Below are positions 50,116 to 60,971 of a stretch of DNA of 64,000 nucleotides, piece by piece (position 1 is the first letter of the stretch; every line of letters begins with the position of its first letter). Both the position numbers and the translations under genes were made by a program. The notes under the pieces were generated by a model. The model saw only the letters and a program-made list of their open reading frames with translations. It did not search any database and was not told where the DNA came from. This DNA comes from Candidatus Hydrogenedentota bacterium (GTDB lineage Bacteria > Hydrogenedentota > Hydrogenedentia > Hydrogenedentales > SLHB01), in NCBI GenBank assembly GCA_963668025.2, contig CAXXTH010000017.1, forward strand, positions 1-64,000, in the 5' to 3' direction.

Positions 50116-50889
50116 ATGGAAGAAAAGACAGAACAAACTGCTGCTTTCATGATCAGTGAAATTGGAAAACCTGACTCACTAGAGCGTAGGCGCAGTGATA
50201 ATGTTTTGGATTTTATAGTACAGCCGGCTTTAGAAGCAAAAGGATATAAGATTATAAGATCAGACCACATTTGTAAATTAGGCGAGATCACGAGGCAGGT
50301 AATAGACGCCATTCTAGAAGCTCCTTTCCTTGTAGCTGATCTCACAAATCATAATCCAAATGTATTCTATGAGTTAGCGGTAGCGCATGCATATGCCAAA
50401 CCGGTAATACAAATGATTCAATATGGTCAAGAGCTTCCATTTGACGTGTCGATGATGAGATGCATTTATTTTGATTATGCCGATTTGCGTAGCGCAGACA
50501 ATGCTAAAGCAGAAATAATGAAGTATATAGATGAAATTGTGCGGGGTGAATTCGGGGACCCAACACCTATTTCAGAAACCTATTTTGGAAAGGCCATTCG
50601 TGAAACTCCCAGTCAAGACAATGAGATTTTAGTGCATACATACGAATTATTACGTTCGGTATCTGAGAGACAAATTCAGTTAGAAAAGAGAGTTAATACT
50701 CTTTCTTCTTCTATAGACCAACTCGGAGTACTCCGGGGGAAAGATGGGTCGATTCATCTCCAGCCGAATTTTGAAATTCTTTCTGAGGGGCCATCATCTT
50801 TGGAAAGATTACTTAGATCTGATCACTCCTTTACGGGACTTGATGGATCTTCGTTGAGCAAGGCCTATGGGTCTTTGCATAGTGCTTAA
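50116..50889 (+). CDS. Low-GC protein with nucleoside 2-deoxyribosyltransferase-like N-terminal domain
   Basis: FMISEIG, IRSD, VADLTNHNPNVFYELAVAHA, LPFDV. Confidence 0.75.
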   Translation: MEEKTEQTAAFMISEIGKPDSLERRRSDNVLDFIVQPALEAKGYKIIRSDHICKLGEITRQVIDAILEAPFLVADLTNHNPNVFYELAVAHAYAKPVIQMIQYGQELPFDVSMMRCIYFDYADLRSADNAKAEIMKYIDEIVRGEFGDPTPISETYFGKAIRETPSQDNEILVHTYELLRSVSERQIQLEKRVNTLSSSIDQLGVLRGKDGSIHLQPNFEILSEGPSSLERLLRSDHSFTGLDGSSLSKAYGSLHSA

Positions 50890-50939
50890 CAGAATGCACT
50901 TGTTAAAATGAATATATTGACTGAGGGAGAGACCTAACT

Positions 50940-52172
50940 ATGAACAAGCTGTCGATTCAAGACCTCGACCTTAAGGGCAAGAAAGTCCTGATGCGGGTTG
51001 ATTTCAACGTGCCCCAAAACGAAGACGGCACGGTGCGCGACGACACCCGCATCCGCGCCGCCCTGAAAAGTATTAATTACGTCCGGGAGCAAGGCGGCAT
51101 GGTGATCCTCATGTCGCATCTGGGCCGCCCGAAGAATCCGGATAAAGCAGAAACGCCCGAAGAGCGCGAGAAAATTATTAAAAAGAACAAGCTGTATGTA
51201 ATGGATCCCGTGGCGGACCGCTTGCGCGAACTCGTGGGCGGCAATGTAACGAAACTCGATGCCATCGTCGGCCCCGAGGTGGAAGCGGCCGTCGCGGCGA
51301 TGAAGCCCGGCGACATTATCCTCCTCGAGAACACGCGCTTCCACAAGGGCGAGGAAAAGAATGACCCGGAATTGTCACAACAGCTCGCCAAACTGGGCGA
51401 TGTCTATGTGAGCGACGCTTTCGGCACGGTCCACCGCGCCCACGCTTCAACGGAAGGCGTGACGAAATATATCAGCCCCTGCGCGGCGGGCTTCCTCGTA
51501 GCGAAAGAAATGGAGTATTTCCTCAAGGTGTTGAATAATCCGGACCGCCCGTTGCTGGCCCTGTTGGGCGGCGCGAAAGTGTCGGATAAGATCACCGTCA
51601 TCGAGAACCTGTTGAACTTGGTGAACACCTTGGTGATCGGCGGCGGCATGGCCTACACGTTCTTCAAGGCCCTAGGCATGGAGATCGGCAATTCGCTGCT
51701 CGACGAGAACGGCATCGAAGTGGCCAAGACGGTCATGGCCAAGGCCAAGGAAAAGGGCGTCGAGCTGCTCCTGCCCGTGGACCTCGTAGTCGCGACGGCC
51801 TTCGAAAACAACGCCGAAAGCAAGATCGTGGATGCGAACGCCATCGAACCGGGCTGGCAAGGGCTTGATATCGGCCCGAAGACCATCGAAGCCTTCTCGG
51901 CGGCCATCAAAAAGTCGAAGATGGTCGTGTGGAACGGCCCCGTGGGCGTCTTCGAGATGCCGAATTTCTGCAAGGGCACGCGGGCCATCGCGGAGTTGCT
52001 TGCGGCAAGCTCGGACATTACGAGCATCATCGGCGGCGGTGACACGGCGGCGGCGGTCACGCAGTTCGGCCTCGAGGACAAGATGAGCCATGTATCGACG
52101 GGTGGCGGCGCGTCGCTCGAGATGCTCGAGGGCAAGATTCTGCCCGGCCTTGCGGCGCTCACGGATAAATAA
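50940..52172 (+). CDS. pgk: Phosphoglycerate kinase
   Basis: RVDFNVP, SHLGRP, LLENTRF, GGAKVSDKI, WNGPVGVFE, STGGGASLE. Confidence 0.98.
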   Translation: MNKLSIQDLDLKGKKVLMRVDFNVPQNEDGTVRDDTRIRAALKSINYVREQGGMVILMSHLGRPKNPDKAETPEEREKIIKKNKLYVMDPVADRLRELVGGNVTKLDAIVGPEVEAAVAAMKPGDIILLENTRFHKGEEKNDPELSQQLAKLGDVYVSDAFGTVHRAHASTEGVTKYISPCAAGFLVAKEMEYFLKVLNNPDRPLLALLGGAKVSDKITVIENLLNLVNTLVIGGGMAYTFFKALGMEIGNSLLDENGIEVAKTVMAKAKEKGVELLLPVDLVVATAFENNAESKIVDANAIEPGWQGLDIGPKTIEAFSAAIKKSKMVVWNGPVGVFEMPNFCKGTRAIAELLAASSDITSIIGGGDTAAAVTQFGLEDKMSHVSTGGGASLEMLEGKILPGLAALTDK

Positions 52173-52288
52173 GCGGACACCGGGCCGGGGATTGTCCCCG
52201 GCCCGTTACATACATGCCCGGCGCTCGGGCGCGCGCTCCACCGGCGGCGTACTGGGCTTTGGGTGAATCGGAAGGAAAAAGGTGAACA

Positions 52289-52561
52289 ATGTCTACAGTA
52301 ACTAAAGAACGCAAGGCGGAAATCGTCACAACGCATGGCAAGCATGAAGGCGACACGGGTTCAGCCGAAGTGCAAATCGCCCTGCTGACGCAGCGCATCA
52401 ACGACTTAACGGAGCACTTCAAGGCCCACCCGAAGGATTTCTCGGGACGCCGTGGGCTTCTCAAGCTCGTTGGACACCGCCGCAGCCTGCTCGATTATGT
52501 GCGCGCGCAGGATGTTGAACGCTACCGCGCTATTGTGAAGGCGCTGGGCCTCCGCAAGTAA
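52289..52561 (+). CDS. rpsO: 30S ribosomal protein S15
   Basis: [34 protein letters not shown]. Confidence 0.98.
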   Translation: MSTVTKERKAEIVTTHGKHEGDTGSAEVQIALLTQRINDLTEHFKAHPKDFSGRRGLLKLVGHRRSLLDYVRAQDVERYRAIVKALGLRK

Positions 52562-52745
52562 GTACACGGAGGCGGGATAGGCGTGGAGTGGCGCCGGTTG
52601 CCAAACCGGCGCCCGCCGCGAACCCTCCCGGCGTATACGGGACGCCAGAAAGGCGCTCCCTGGAAATGTGTGAAGAAGGAAGAAAAGGCAGTGAAGCACA
52701 GGGAACGTATCGAGAGACGTTCCGGCAACACTGGACAGGTGTGAA

Positions 52746-55043
52746 ATGGCAAACCAAGTCGAACGTCTCTCCGTAACCATAGGTGCAGATGAAATTGTTT
52801 TTGAAACGGGCCGTATCGCCCGGCAAGCCCATGGAGCCATATTGCTCACATGCGGCGAGAGCATGGTTCTTTCCGCTGTGTGCGTATCTCCGGATCTGCG
52901 CCCAGGGCAGGACTTTTTCCCTCTCACGGTCGAGTATCGTGAAAAGTGCGCGGCGGCGGGGCGCATTCCCGGTAATTTCTTCCGCCGTGAAGGCAGGCCC
53001 AGCGAGCGCGAAATCCTCGTATGCCGCCTGACGGACCGCCCCATGCGGCCCTTATTCCCCAAGGGATTTCTCAACGAAGTGCAGGTGTTTTCCACCGTGT
53101 TTTCGGCGGACAATGTCCACAACCCCGATGTCCTCTCGATTATCGGCGCATCAGCGGCGCTGCATATTTCGAAGATTCCCTTCAATGGACCCATCGGCGC
53201 CGTGCGCCTGGGCCTGATCGAAGGGGAATTTGTCGCCAATCCCCCCATGGCGGATATGGCGAACAGTGAATTCGACATTGTCATGGCGGGCACAAAAGAC
53301 GCGATCACCATGGTCGAAGGCCAGGCTACCGAGGTGGATGAAGACACCATGCTCGAAGCCCTCGAATTCGGCCACGAGCAGATTAAAAAGATCTGCGCCG
53401 CCATTGAAGAATTCCGCGCGCGCGTGGGCGTCGAGAAAATGGCGTACACAAGCCCCGAAAGCAATCAGGATGTGATCAACGATGTCGAGCACCACGCCGG
53501 TGGAGAGCTGACCCGTATCTTGTCTATTGCGGATAAGCACGAGCGCCAAGATGCCTTGTCCTCGCTCAAAACGGAGATGCAGGAACAATTCACCGAGCAG
53601 TACGGCGATGAATTGTATGAAGAGCGCAAAGAAGAGATCGTCGAGGTGTATGAAGACGCCATCAAGCGCGCCATGCGGCAGAAAGTGATCGAGACGAATA
53701 CCCGCCTGGATGGCCGCACTCCTACCGAAATCCGGCCCATTACGATTGAAGTAGGCGTTCTGCCCCGCACCCATGGCTCCGCCCTTTTCACGCGCGGTGA
53801 AACCCAAGCCCTCGTATCGACCACTCTCGGCACCAGCCGCGATGAACAGCGCTTGGATGAACTCACCGGCGAAGAATTCCGGCGTTTCATGCTCCATTAC
53901 AACTTCCCCTCGTATTCGGTGGGCGAAGTGCGGCGCATCAGCGGCCCGGGACGCCGCGAAATCGGCCACGGCAAACTCGCCGAGCGGGCGCTCGAATGCG
54001 TGCTGCCTATCGGTGAAGAATCCGAATTCCCCTACACCATCCGCGTGTTGTCCGATGTGACGGAAAGCAACGGCTCCAGCTCGATGGCCACGGTATGTGG
54101 CGGAACGCTGAGCCTCATGGATGCGGGCGTGCCGATTTCCGCTCCGGTGGCGGGTATCGCCATGGGCTTAATTAAAGAAGGCGATAATGCGGTCATTCTG
54201 AGCGACATCTTGGGCGCGGAAGACCACCTGGGCGATATGGACTTCAAAGTCTGCGGCACGCGCGAAGGCATCACGGCCTTCCAGATGGACTGCAAAATCG
54301 CGGGCGTCTCGAGCGAATTGATGAAGGCGGCTCTCGACCAGGCCCGTGCGGGCCGTATCCATATCCTCGACAAAATCGAGGAAGCCCTCCAAACGCCGCG
54401 TACGGAAATCTCGAAGTATGCGCCGCGAATCTACACCATCAAGATTGATGTCGATAAGATCCGCGAAGTGATTGGACCTGGCGGCAAAGTCATCCGCGAG
54501 ATCCAAGCCAAATCTGGCGCGGAGATCGACATCGAAGACGACGGCACGGTGAATGTGGCCGCAGTGGACTCCGAGAGCGCCAACTTGGCCCTCGATATGA
54601 TCAAGCAGATCACGGCGGTGCCCGAGGTTGGCCAGGTCTACAAAGGCGTCGTGGCGCGCATAATGAATTTCGGTGCGTTTGTCACGATCATGGGCAGCAA
54701 AGACGGCTTGGTTCACATTTCCGAACTGAGCGTCAATCACGTGCGTGAAGTCGAGGATGTCGTCCACATTGGCGACGAGATCAACGTCAAGGTCATCGAA
54801 ATCGACAAAATGGGCCGGTTGAATCTCTCGAAAGTCGAGGCAGACCGCGAACTCGGCATTATCGAGGAAGTGCGTGAAGGCGAAGAACGCCGTCCGCGCC
54901 CTGAACGCACGGAGCGCAGCAGCAGCGACCGTGGCGGTTCACGGGATCGCAACGGTCGTAGCGGCGGGAGCCGTGGCGGCAGTGGGGGCGGCGGTGGAAG
55001 CCGTGGCGGGCGCGACAGCGGCAGCCGGGATCGCCGGCGCTAA
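52746..55043 (+). CDS. pnp: Polyribonucleotide nucleotidyltransferase
   Basis: FFPLTVEY, RTHGSALFTRGETQ, SNGSSSMA, GDMDFKV, KH and S1 domains. Confidence 0.98.
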   Translation: MANQVERLSVTIGADEIVFETGRIARQAHGAILLTCGESMVLSAVCVSPDLRPGQDFFPLTVEYREKCAAAGRIPGNFFRREGRPSEREILVCRLTDRPMRPLFPKGFLNEVQVFSTVFSADNVHNPDVLSIIGASAALHISKIPFNGPIGAVRLGLIEGEFVANPPMADMANSEFDIVMAGTKDAITMVEGQATEVDEDTMLEALEFGHEQIKKICAAIEEFRARVGVEKMAYTSPESNQDVINDVEHHAGGELTRILSIADKHERQDALSSLKTEMQEQFTEQYGDELYEERKEEIVEVYEDAIKRAMRQKVIETNTRLDGRTPTEIRPITIEVGVLPRTHGSALFTRGETQALVSTTLGTSRDEQRLDELTGEEFRRFMLHYNFPSYSVGEVRRISGPGRREIGHGKLAERALECVLPIGEESEFPYTIRVLSDVTESNGSSSMATVCGGTLSLMDAGVPISAPVAGIAMGLIKEGDNAVILSDILGAEDHLGDMDFKVCGTREGITAFQMDCKIAGVSSELMKAALDQARAGRIHILDKIEEALQTPRTEISKYAPRIYTIKIDVDKIREVIGPGGKVIREIQAKSGAEIDIEDDGTVNVAAVDSESANLALDMIKQITAVPEVGQVYKGVVARIMNFGAFVTIMGSKDGLVHISELSVNHVREVEDVVHIGDEINVKVIEIDKMGRLNLSKVEADRELGIIEEVREGEERRPRPERTERSSSDRGGSRDRNGRSGGSRGGSGGGGGSRGGRDSGSRDRRR

Positions 55044-55070
55044 GCAGAACCGTCAAACCATGTAAATCGC

Positions 55071-55100
55071 GGGGGAGCCTCTCACACGAGAGGTTCCCCC
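55071..55100 (+). terminator. Hairpin after pnp
   Basis: GGGGGAGCCTCTC-ACAC-GAGAGGTTCCCCC. Confidence 0.6.
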
Positions 55101-55140
55101 TATATGCTTTCCATAACCGCTTTGCGCGCAGGGTTGAATC

Positions 55141-56406
55141 ATGCAACAGGCTATTCCCAATTCCACTGAAGGTGAAGTGCGCGTGCTTGCGAATGGCATG
55201 CGGGTCTTATTTGATGTGATGCCCCACGTGCGCTCGATCAGCGCGGGCGTTTGGATCCGCACCGGCTCGGCCAACGAGCGCGCCGAACAGGCGGGCATCT
55301 CCCATTTTCTCGAGCATTTGTTCTTCAAAGGCACCACCACGAAGACCGCACGGGAATTGATGGTGGCTATCGAAGGCCGCGGCGGCAGCATGAACGCGTT
55401 CACTACGCGGGATTATACCTGTGTATACGCCCGCACCCTCGATAGCCAGACGCAAACCGCCATCGAAATTCTAGGTGATGTGTTGCGCGATTCGCAGTTC
55501 TTTGATTTTGAAAAAGAACGCAGTGTCATCCTCGAAGAGATCGCATCCATCGAAGACGTGCCCGAGGACTACGCCCACGATTTGCTCATGGAGCGCGTAT
55601 GGCCCAACCACGCCCTAGGCCGCTCTGTGTCGGGCTACGATGACACGGTGTCCGCGCTCACTATCGAACAAGTCCGGGCCTATTTTGAGGCGTGGTACCG
55701 ACCGGAAAATATGCTCTTTACGCTCGCGGGCCGTTTTGATCCCGATGAAGCCTTTCAATGGGTGCGCGCCCAGTTTGAGGATCTGCCCGCCACGCCCGCG
55801 CCGGAAACATACGCGCCTCCCCTTTTTGGCGGAGGACTGGATACGGAAGTGCGCGATATCGCCCAGAGCCATTATTGCCTGGCGTTTCCTGGCCCGAGCG
55901 CGACGGACCCCCAGCGCTATGTCTATGAAATGCTCACCAACGCGTTAGGCGGCGGCTCGACCTCGCGGCTCTTCGAGCGCATCCGCGAACAGGAGGGGCT
56001 TGCGTATAGCATTTATGCGTTCCGCTCCAGCTACCGCCCTTGCGGCCTCGTGGGCTTATACGCCGCAGTGGCTCCCGAAACCTTGCGCCATGCGATAGAT
56101 ATTACCTGCGAAGAACTCCGCAAATTGCGGGAAACGCCCATGTCGGAACATGAACTCGAATTGAACAGGGAACAGCTCAAGGGCGGATTTTTGCTGTCGC
56201 TCGAGAGTTCATTTAACCGCATGTCCCGTTTGGCGAAATCCATGATGCATCACGGGCGCATCTTGAGTATCGACGAGATCATTGCGGGCGTCGACGCCGT
56301 GGCGTCCGATGAGGTCATGCGCCTGGCCCAGGCCATTTTCACGGCTTCCTCGTGTGCAGGCATCATACTTGGCCCAGAAAGCCAATCCGTTGAGGTGGCC
56401 CTGTGA
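55141..56406 (+). CDS. M16 (pitrilysin-family) zinc peptidase
   Basis: HFLEH inverted zinc motif, [20 protein letters not shown]. Confidence 0.93.
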   Translation: MQQAIPNSTEGEVRVLANGMRVLFDVMPHVRSISAGVWIRTGSANERAEQAGISHFLEHLFFKGTTTKTARELMVAIEGRGGSMNAFTTRDYTCVYARTLDSQTQTAIEILGDVLRDSQFFDFEKERSVILEEIASIEDVPEDYAHDLLMERVWPNHALGRSVSGYDDTVSALTIEQVRAYFEAWYRPENMLFTLAGRFDPDEAFQWVRAQFEDLPATPAPETYAPPLFGGGLDTEVRDIAQSHYCLAFPGPSATDPQRYVYEMLTNALGGGSTSRLFERIREQEGLAYSIYAFRSSYRPCGLVGLYAAVAPETLRHAIDITCEELRKLRETPMSEHELELNREQLKGGFLLSLESSFNRMSRLAKSMMHHGRILSIDEIIAGVDAVASDEVMRLAQAIFTASSCAGIILGPESQSVEVAL

Positions 56407-56861
56407 GCATCCGTGAGACTGTCGTCCGGGTCACCCGCGAACCCGGCTGCGAAGACATCCCCTTGCCCGCCTACGAGACGGAACACGCCGCCGGCATGGA
56501 CCTGCGCGCCGCCGTGGCAGAGCCGCTCACCTTGGCTCCCGGTGAGCGCGCCATCGTGCCCACGGGCATCCGCATCGCCTTGAATCCCGGCGTCGAGGCC
56601 CAAGTCCGCCCGCGCAGCGGCCTGGCGTTGCGCCATGGCCTCTCGATGGTGAACACGCCAGGAACCGTGGACGCGGATTACCGGGGCGAATTGCGCGTGA
56701 TCCTCATCAACCTGGGCCAGGAGCCGTTCACGATTCATCGCGGCGACCGCATCGCACAAATAGTCATTGCCCCCGTATGCAAAGCGATTTGGGAAGAAGT
56801 GGACGCCCTGGATGAGACTGTTCGCGGCGCGGGCGGTTTCGGGCATACTGGGCATCGGTGA
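56403..56861 (+). CDS. dut: dUTP diphosphatase
   Basis: [38 protein letters not shown]. Confidence 0.97.
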   Translation: MSIRETVVRVTREPGCEDIPLPAYETEHAAGMDLRAAVAEPLTLAPGERAIVPTGIRIALNPGVEAQVRPRSGLALRHGLSMVNTPGTVDADYRGELRVILINLGQEPFTIHRGDRIAQIVIAPVCKAIWEEVDALDETVRGAGGFGHTGHR

Positions 56862-56882
56862 GCAGGGGATAGACCAGTACCA

Positions 56883-57992
56883 TTAGGAACCTGCTTTGCT
56901 GCTAGCCTTTTTCAGCTCCATCTCTTGTTCGAGTTTAGCAATTATGTCCGGCCTACGAAATGACGGATGATATTGCCTAGCACTAACCGGCTCACATTTC
57001 AGAAATGAAATGTCAGGCATATAGTTTAACTGCGGTTCAAAGACATGAAGAATCGGATGCTCTGTAAGGTGACCATCTATAAGCAAGTCCCTTCGCGTAT
57101 GATATTCAAATATTGGCATCTTAATGGTTGAACGATGTGTCCGCCATAAATTCGCCACATATTTGGTACAAGACGCAACACCGAAGTATATAGTGTCCAT
57201 TGAATTATGGAGTTGCAATGCATTGATCTGGGTAACATCCCTTTCGGTAGTAATATCATACCGAAGACGATTTTTATATGGCCCCTCATATTTTGTCCCG
57301 TCAAGTAGCATTACCATGGTCCTGGAATCGAGTGGCCAGAAAATCTGAAACCCGGGCAATTGCAGCCCTAAAGTTCCTCTTGTCTTTATGTTATGTAAAT
57401 AGGTATTAATGAAAATTACTGGAGCGTCACTAAAAATGAAAGGTAACTCTGTCTTATTGAGTAGCAAATGTATATCTAGATCAAGAATTAAAGGTACACA
57501 TTCTAGTGCGGCTTGGATATTCCTTCCGACGGTGGCGCACATTTTCTCACTAATAGAAATGCAGCCATCGTCGATCTCCTTAATGATGTCTGCATCATCT
57601 TTTTCTTCGAGGGACTCTTTAAATAGTTGGAGGAGAGTATTCTCTAGAGCAGGTGCCACTTTCTCTGCTTGATGAACAGTTCGGGCGCGCTGAAAGAGCA
57701 ATGATTGCAGAAAACACATATAATCTTGCTCCGACCACAGAGGAGCACTCTCGTTCCAAGCAACCTGTAATATAGTGCGTATGGCTTTACTGTGTTTTCC
57801 TTCAATTAAAGCAAAGCTCTTTTCAAGCTCTTCTGAGCCATAAATATTCCTCTTCTTACATTGCCCTAGGATTGATGCTCCGGTTATGATTTTACCATCT
57901 TTGATCCGTAATAAGCAGATTCTTTTTTTATCGGTAGAGAATTGTTTTATATAAAACTGTGGCACATAATGCTGATTAGAGTGTGCTCCCAT
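56883..57992 (-). CDS. DUF4238-domain protein (low GC)
   Basis: QHYVPQFY, FIFSDAPV, FWPL. Confidence 0.8.
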   Translation of the reverse strand: MGAHSNQHYVPQFYIKQFSTDKKRICLLRIKDGKIITGASILGQCKKRNIYGSEELEKSFALIEGKHSKAIRTILQVAWNESAPLWSEQDYMCFLQSLLFQRARTVHQAEKVAPALENTLLQLFKESLEEKDDADIIKEIDDGCISISEKMCATVGRNIQAALECVPLILDLDIHLLLNKTELPFIFSDAPVIFINTYLHNIKTRGTLGLQLPGFQIFWPLDSRTMVMLLDGTKYEGPYKNRLRYDITTERDVTQINALQLHNSMDTIYFGVASCTKYVANLWRTHRSTIKMPIFEYHTRRDLLIDGHLTEHPILHVFEPQLNYMPDISFLKCEPVSARQYHPSFRRPDIIAKLEQEMELKKASSKAGS

Positions 57993-58135
57993 TTCTTGGA
58001 TCCTCTCTAACATATATGATTTTTACAACTATTGTATGTAATAAAACTTATTTACAGATATTAATGAACAATCGTGCTTGAACGAGAGAATCATCGCTAT
58101 TTATCTTAGTTCATGTATTTGCATTTCTACAAGAA

Positions 58136-58789
58136 TCAAATGTCCCAGAAGGCCTCGGCGATGCGCAGGTCTTCTTCCGTCTTGATGACGTGCCCCTCGA
58201 TGCGGCTCACGGGGAAAAAGCCTACGCGCCCCGCATAGGTGGCGGTTTGCTGGGCGTCTTTCGCGGCAAGATAGGTGGACCGCCTCCAGCCGGTGACGCT
58301 CCAGGTAATCCGCTGGATAGGCTTGAGCTCTTGGGAGTTGGTCTTCTGGTCGAACCTGAAATTCACCGGTTCGCCTTCCATGGCGCATTCGATTTGTTCC
58401 AGCACACAGCTCAACATCGCATCATAGCCGCCTGTTTCCATGGCCGACACAAACTCGGCCACGCGCGGCGCGGGCAGCAGTGGCGCGATGGAGTGGACTT
58501 GAAATACCCGTTCGCATGGATGCGCCATTAAGAACTCATGGACGAATTCCTCGCTAGTGGCAGTTGGACCGGCCAGATCCAAGGGCCGTTGGTGAAATTG
58601 GACGCCCTCTTGTTCGGCGATCTCGGCGAAGAGCTCGTGGTCCGCATTTACCCAAATTTCGGCGAAACAACCCGCCGCCTTGCATTTACGAATCGCCCGC
58701 GTGATCAGCGGCACACCGCGCAATTCCCGGAGATTCTTGCGGGCCAACCGCTGGCTGCCCATCCGGGCGGGAATCATGGCGATATTCAC
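58136..58789 (-). CDS. Acylneuraminate/Kdo-type cytidylyltransferase
   Basis: IPARMGSQRLARKNLR, IKTEEDL. Confidence 0.85.
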   Translation of the reverse strand: MNIAMIPARMGSQRLARKNLRELRGVPLITRAIRKCKAAGCFAEIWVNADHELFAEIAEQEGVQFHQRPLDLAGPTATSEEFVHEFLMAHPCERVFQVHSIAPLLPAPRVAEFVSAMETGGYDAMLSCVLEQIECAMEGEPVNFRFDQKTNSQELKPIQRITWSVTGWRRSTYLAAKDAQQTATYAGRVGFFPVSRIEGHVIKTEEDLRIAEAFWDI

Positions 58790-59409
58790 TTCGAGGATTC
58801 CTGTTCAGCCCGCTTCAACGCGATATACCGCGACACCATATGGAGGATAGCGCCGAACAAGTCTTCGATGATGCCGTATTCCTTTCGGGCGCTCTCGATG
58901 TGGATGCAACGCTGGCTCAGGCCTTTAAGCTGGCCGCCATCGAAACCGGCGCAACTATACGTGCGTCCGCCGTGGGTGTTGGCGTATTCAATTGCGCGGA
59001 GAATATTCGGGCTGTTTCCGCTCACGGACAGGGCAATGACCAGATCGCCGGGCCGCATATGGGCCTCGAGCTGGCGGGAAAAAATCTCTTCGAAGCAATA
59101 ATCATTGCCGATGGCCGTAATGGAGGAGACATTATCCGTGAGGGCCTGCACCCGCAGCCCCCGGCGTCCCGCAGCCGCCCCATGCACGCTCAGGTCACTC
59201 ACAAAATGGCTGGCCACGGCGGCGCTGCCGCCATTGCCAATAAGAAATACGGACTGGTCGCCCGCTGCGGCTTCTTCGATGGCGCTAATCAGGCCGCTGA
59301 CTGCTTGCGGCTCGATGCGCAGGACCGTCTCGGCGATATGCCCGCAGAAGCCTTGGATAAAAGCTTCCGGCGAATTGGTATCGCGAAATAACTGCGAAGC
59401 GGCGCTCAT
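58786..59409 (-). CDS. SIS-domain phosphoheptose isomerase-like (GmhA family)
   Basis: GNGGSAAVASH, TAIGND, SVSGNSPN, IIED..H. Confidence 0.85.
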   Translation of the reverse strand: MSAASQLFRDTNSPEAFIQGFCGHIAETVLRIEPQAVSGLISAIEEAAAGDQSVFLIGNGGSAAVASHFVSDLSVHGAAAGRRGLRVQALTDNVSSITAIGNDYCFEEIFSRQLEAHMRPGDLVIALSVSGNSPNILRAIEYANTHGGRTYSCAGFDGGQLKGLSQRCIHIESARKEYGIIEDLFGAILHMVSRYIALKRAEQESSK

Positions 59410-59439
59410 GCGCGATTCCTTATGGCAAGCAAGCAAACA

Positions 59440-60606
59440 TCAGGTGCCTGACTCATGGTTTTCCTTTGAATGAATTTCCCGGATGGTGTATATAGCCTTC
59501 CGCTGGCTCTCATAATAAGTCCGCACACTGATCTCGCCCAGGAGGCCCATTCCAATCAATTGTATCGCACCCATGGTGCAAAACATGGAAATATAAATAT
59601 AGGGATTGCTCGTGATGTCATGATGCTTTGCGTCCACTATCTTCATCGTGAGGGTGTACGCGCCGGATATAAACGCAATAAACAGTGACAAAACGCCCCA
59701 CGCGCCGAACACCTGCATGGGTTTTGTGGAGTAGGATAATAAAAATTTCACGGTGATGAGATCGAGAACAACGCGCACGATGCGGGTATAGCTGTACTTG
59801 GATTTTCCAAAACGCCGGGGGCGATGGTTGACCTTCATCTCCGTTACCCGTGCGCCCGCCCAGCTCGCCAGGGCAGGAAGAAAACGGTGCATCTCACCGT
59901 AGAACTGAATGTGCTGGGCCATATTCTTTTGATAGGCCTTGAGCGTGCATCCATAATCGTGCAGGCGAACCCCAGTCATCCACGAGATTAACAAATTAGC
60001 CAGTTTTGAAGGAATCCGCCTGCTGATAAAATTGTCTTTGCGGGACACGCGCCATCCACTTACGACATCATACCCTTCGTCGATCTTCGCGACCAAGCGT
60101 TCGATATCGGTGGGATCATTTTGCAGATCCGCGTCCATCGGTATGATGAGGTCGCCTTTAGCTAGATGGAATCCAGCGGCCAGAGCCGCCGTTTGGCCAT
60201 AATTCCGAGTAAATTTTATAACATGCACATGATTGGGATCGCGCTCATATAGCTCACAGCATATTTCGTGGCTGCGATCCGTGCTGCCATCATCAATAAA
60301 GATAATCTCATAACTCTCGAAATGCGCTTGAATTAGCGTATCCGTAATCTCTTGATATAAGGCAACCAGAGATTCTTCTTCATTCAGGAAAGGCACAACA
60401 ATAGAAATATAATGGCCCTGGGGGGTGTGTGGCGGCTTCACTGCTTTCCACTCTTCGACTATCGGAGAACGATCGGTAGCATCTTCTGGCGCAAACGTCT
60501 TTTCGGTAACGGCGTTATCGGCAGGGCATACAGTTGTTCCCCGCCCATACCCCTTCTTGGGCTTGGCTGACTTCACCTCTTTAGGGTGGCCCACTGCTGT
60601 CTTCAT
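59440..60606 (-). CDS. GT2 ArnC/GtrB-like polyprenyl-phosphate glycosyltransferase
   Basis: VPFLNEE, DDGSTD, RNYGQTAA, DADLQNDP, YGEMHRF, two C-terminal TMs; start uncertain. Confidence 0.9.
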   Translation of the reverse strand: MKTAVGHPKEVKSAKPKKGYGRGTTVCPADNAVTEKTFAPEDATDRSPIVEEWKAVKPPHTPQGHYISIVVPFLNEEESLVALYQEITDTLIQAHFESYEIIFIDDGSTDRSHEICCELYERDPNHVHVIKFTRNYGQTAALAAGFHLAKGDLIIPMDADLQNDPTDIERLVAKIDEGYDVVSGWRVSRKDNFISRRIPSKLANLLISWMTGVRLHDYGCTLKAYQKNMAQHIQFYGEMHRFLPALASWAGARVTEMKVNHRPRRFGKSKYSYTRIVRVVLDLITVKFLLSYSTKPMQVFGAWGVLSLFIAFISGAYTLTMKIVDAKHHDITSNPYIYISMFCTMGAIQLIGMGLLGEISVRTYYESQRKAIYTIREIHSKENHESGT

Positions 60607-60971
60607 GCGATAGCCTTGTCTTCGTGCGCTAATGATAGGAAACACCCTCTAGAACAGGCTGCGTATCTCAAATCGGCACAGCCTTTTCCACTAAATGCGC
60701 ATTTACGATTTACTGCACCCGCATTATTGTAACTTAACTCGGACGTTCAGGCAAGAGTAGATTCTTCTGAAAGATCCCCCAAAATTCGACAAGAACACTT
60801 CCATAGACGGGTAACTCTATTCAATACAATTAATTGCGGTTATCACTCCCATTTTTTGGGGAACTCCTGTGTGGAATGAGCTCCGGGCATATAGGTGTTT
60901 ATACCATGTTCGTGCCGCCACCATGAATACGGGTATGATGTGTAATCTTTCACGATAAGGAGAAATATCAG

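Noticed and set aside
52210-52288. S15 autoregulatory leader RNA
   Set aside because: Plausible by position, but I cannot match a known structure by eye; it needs an Rfam/covariance search.
54900-55040. Arg/Gly/Ser-rich repeats at the pnp 3' end
   Set aside because: Common disordered PNPase tail.
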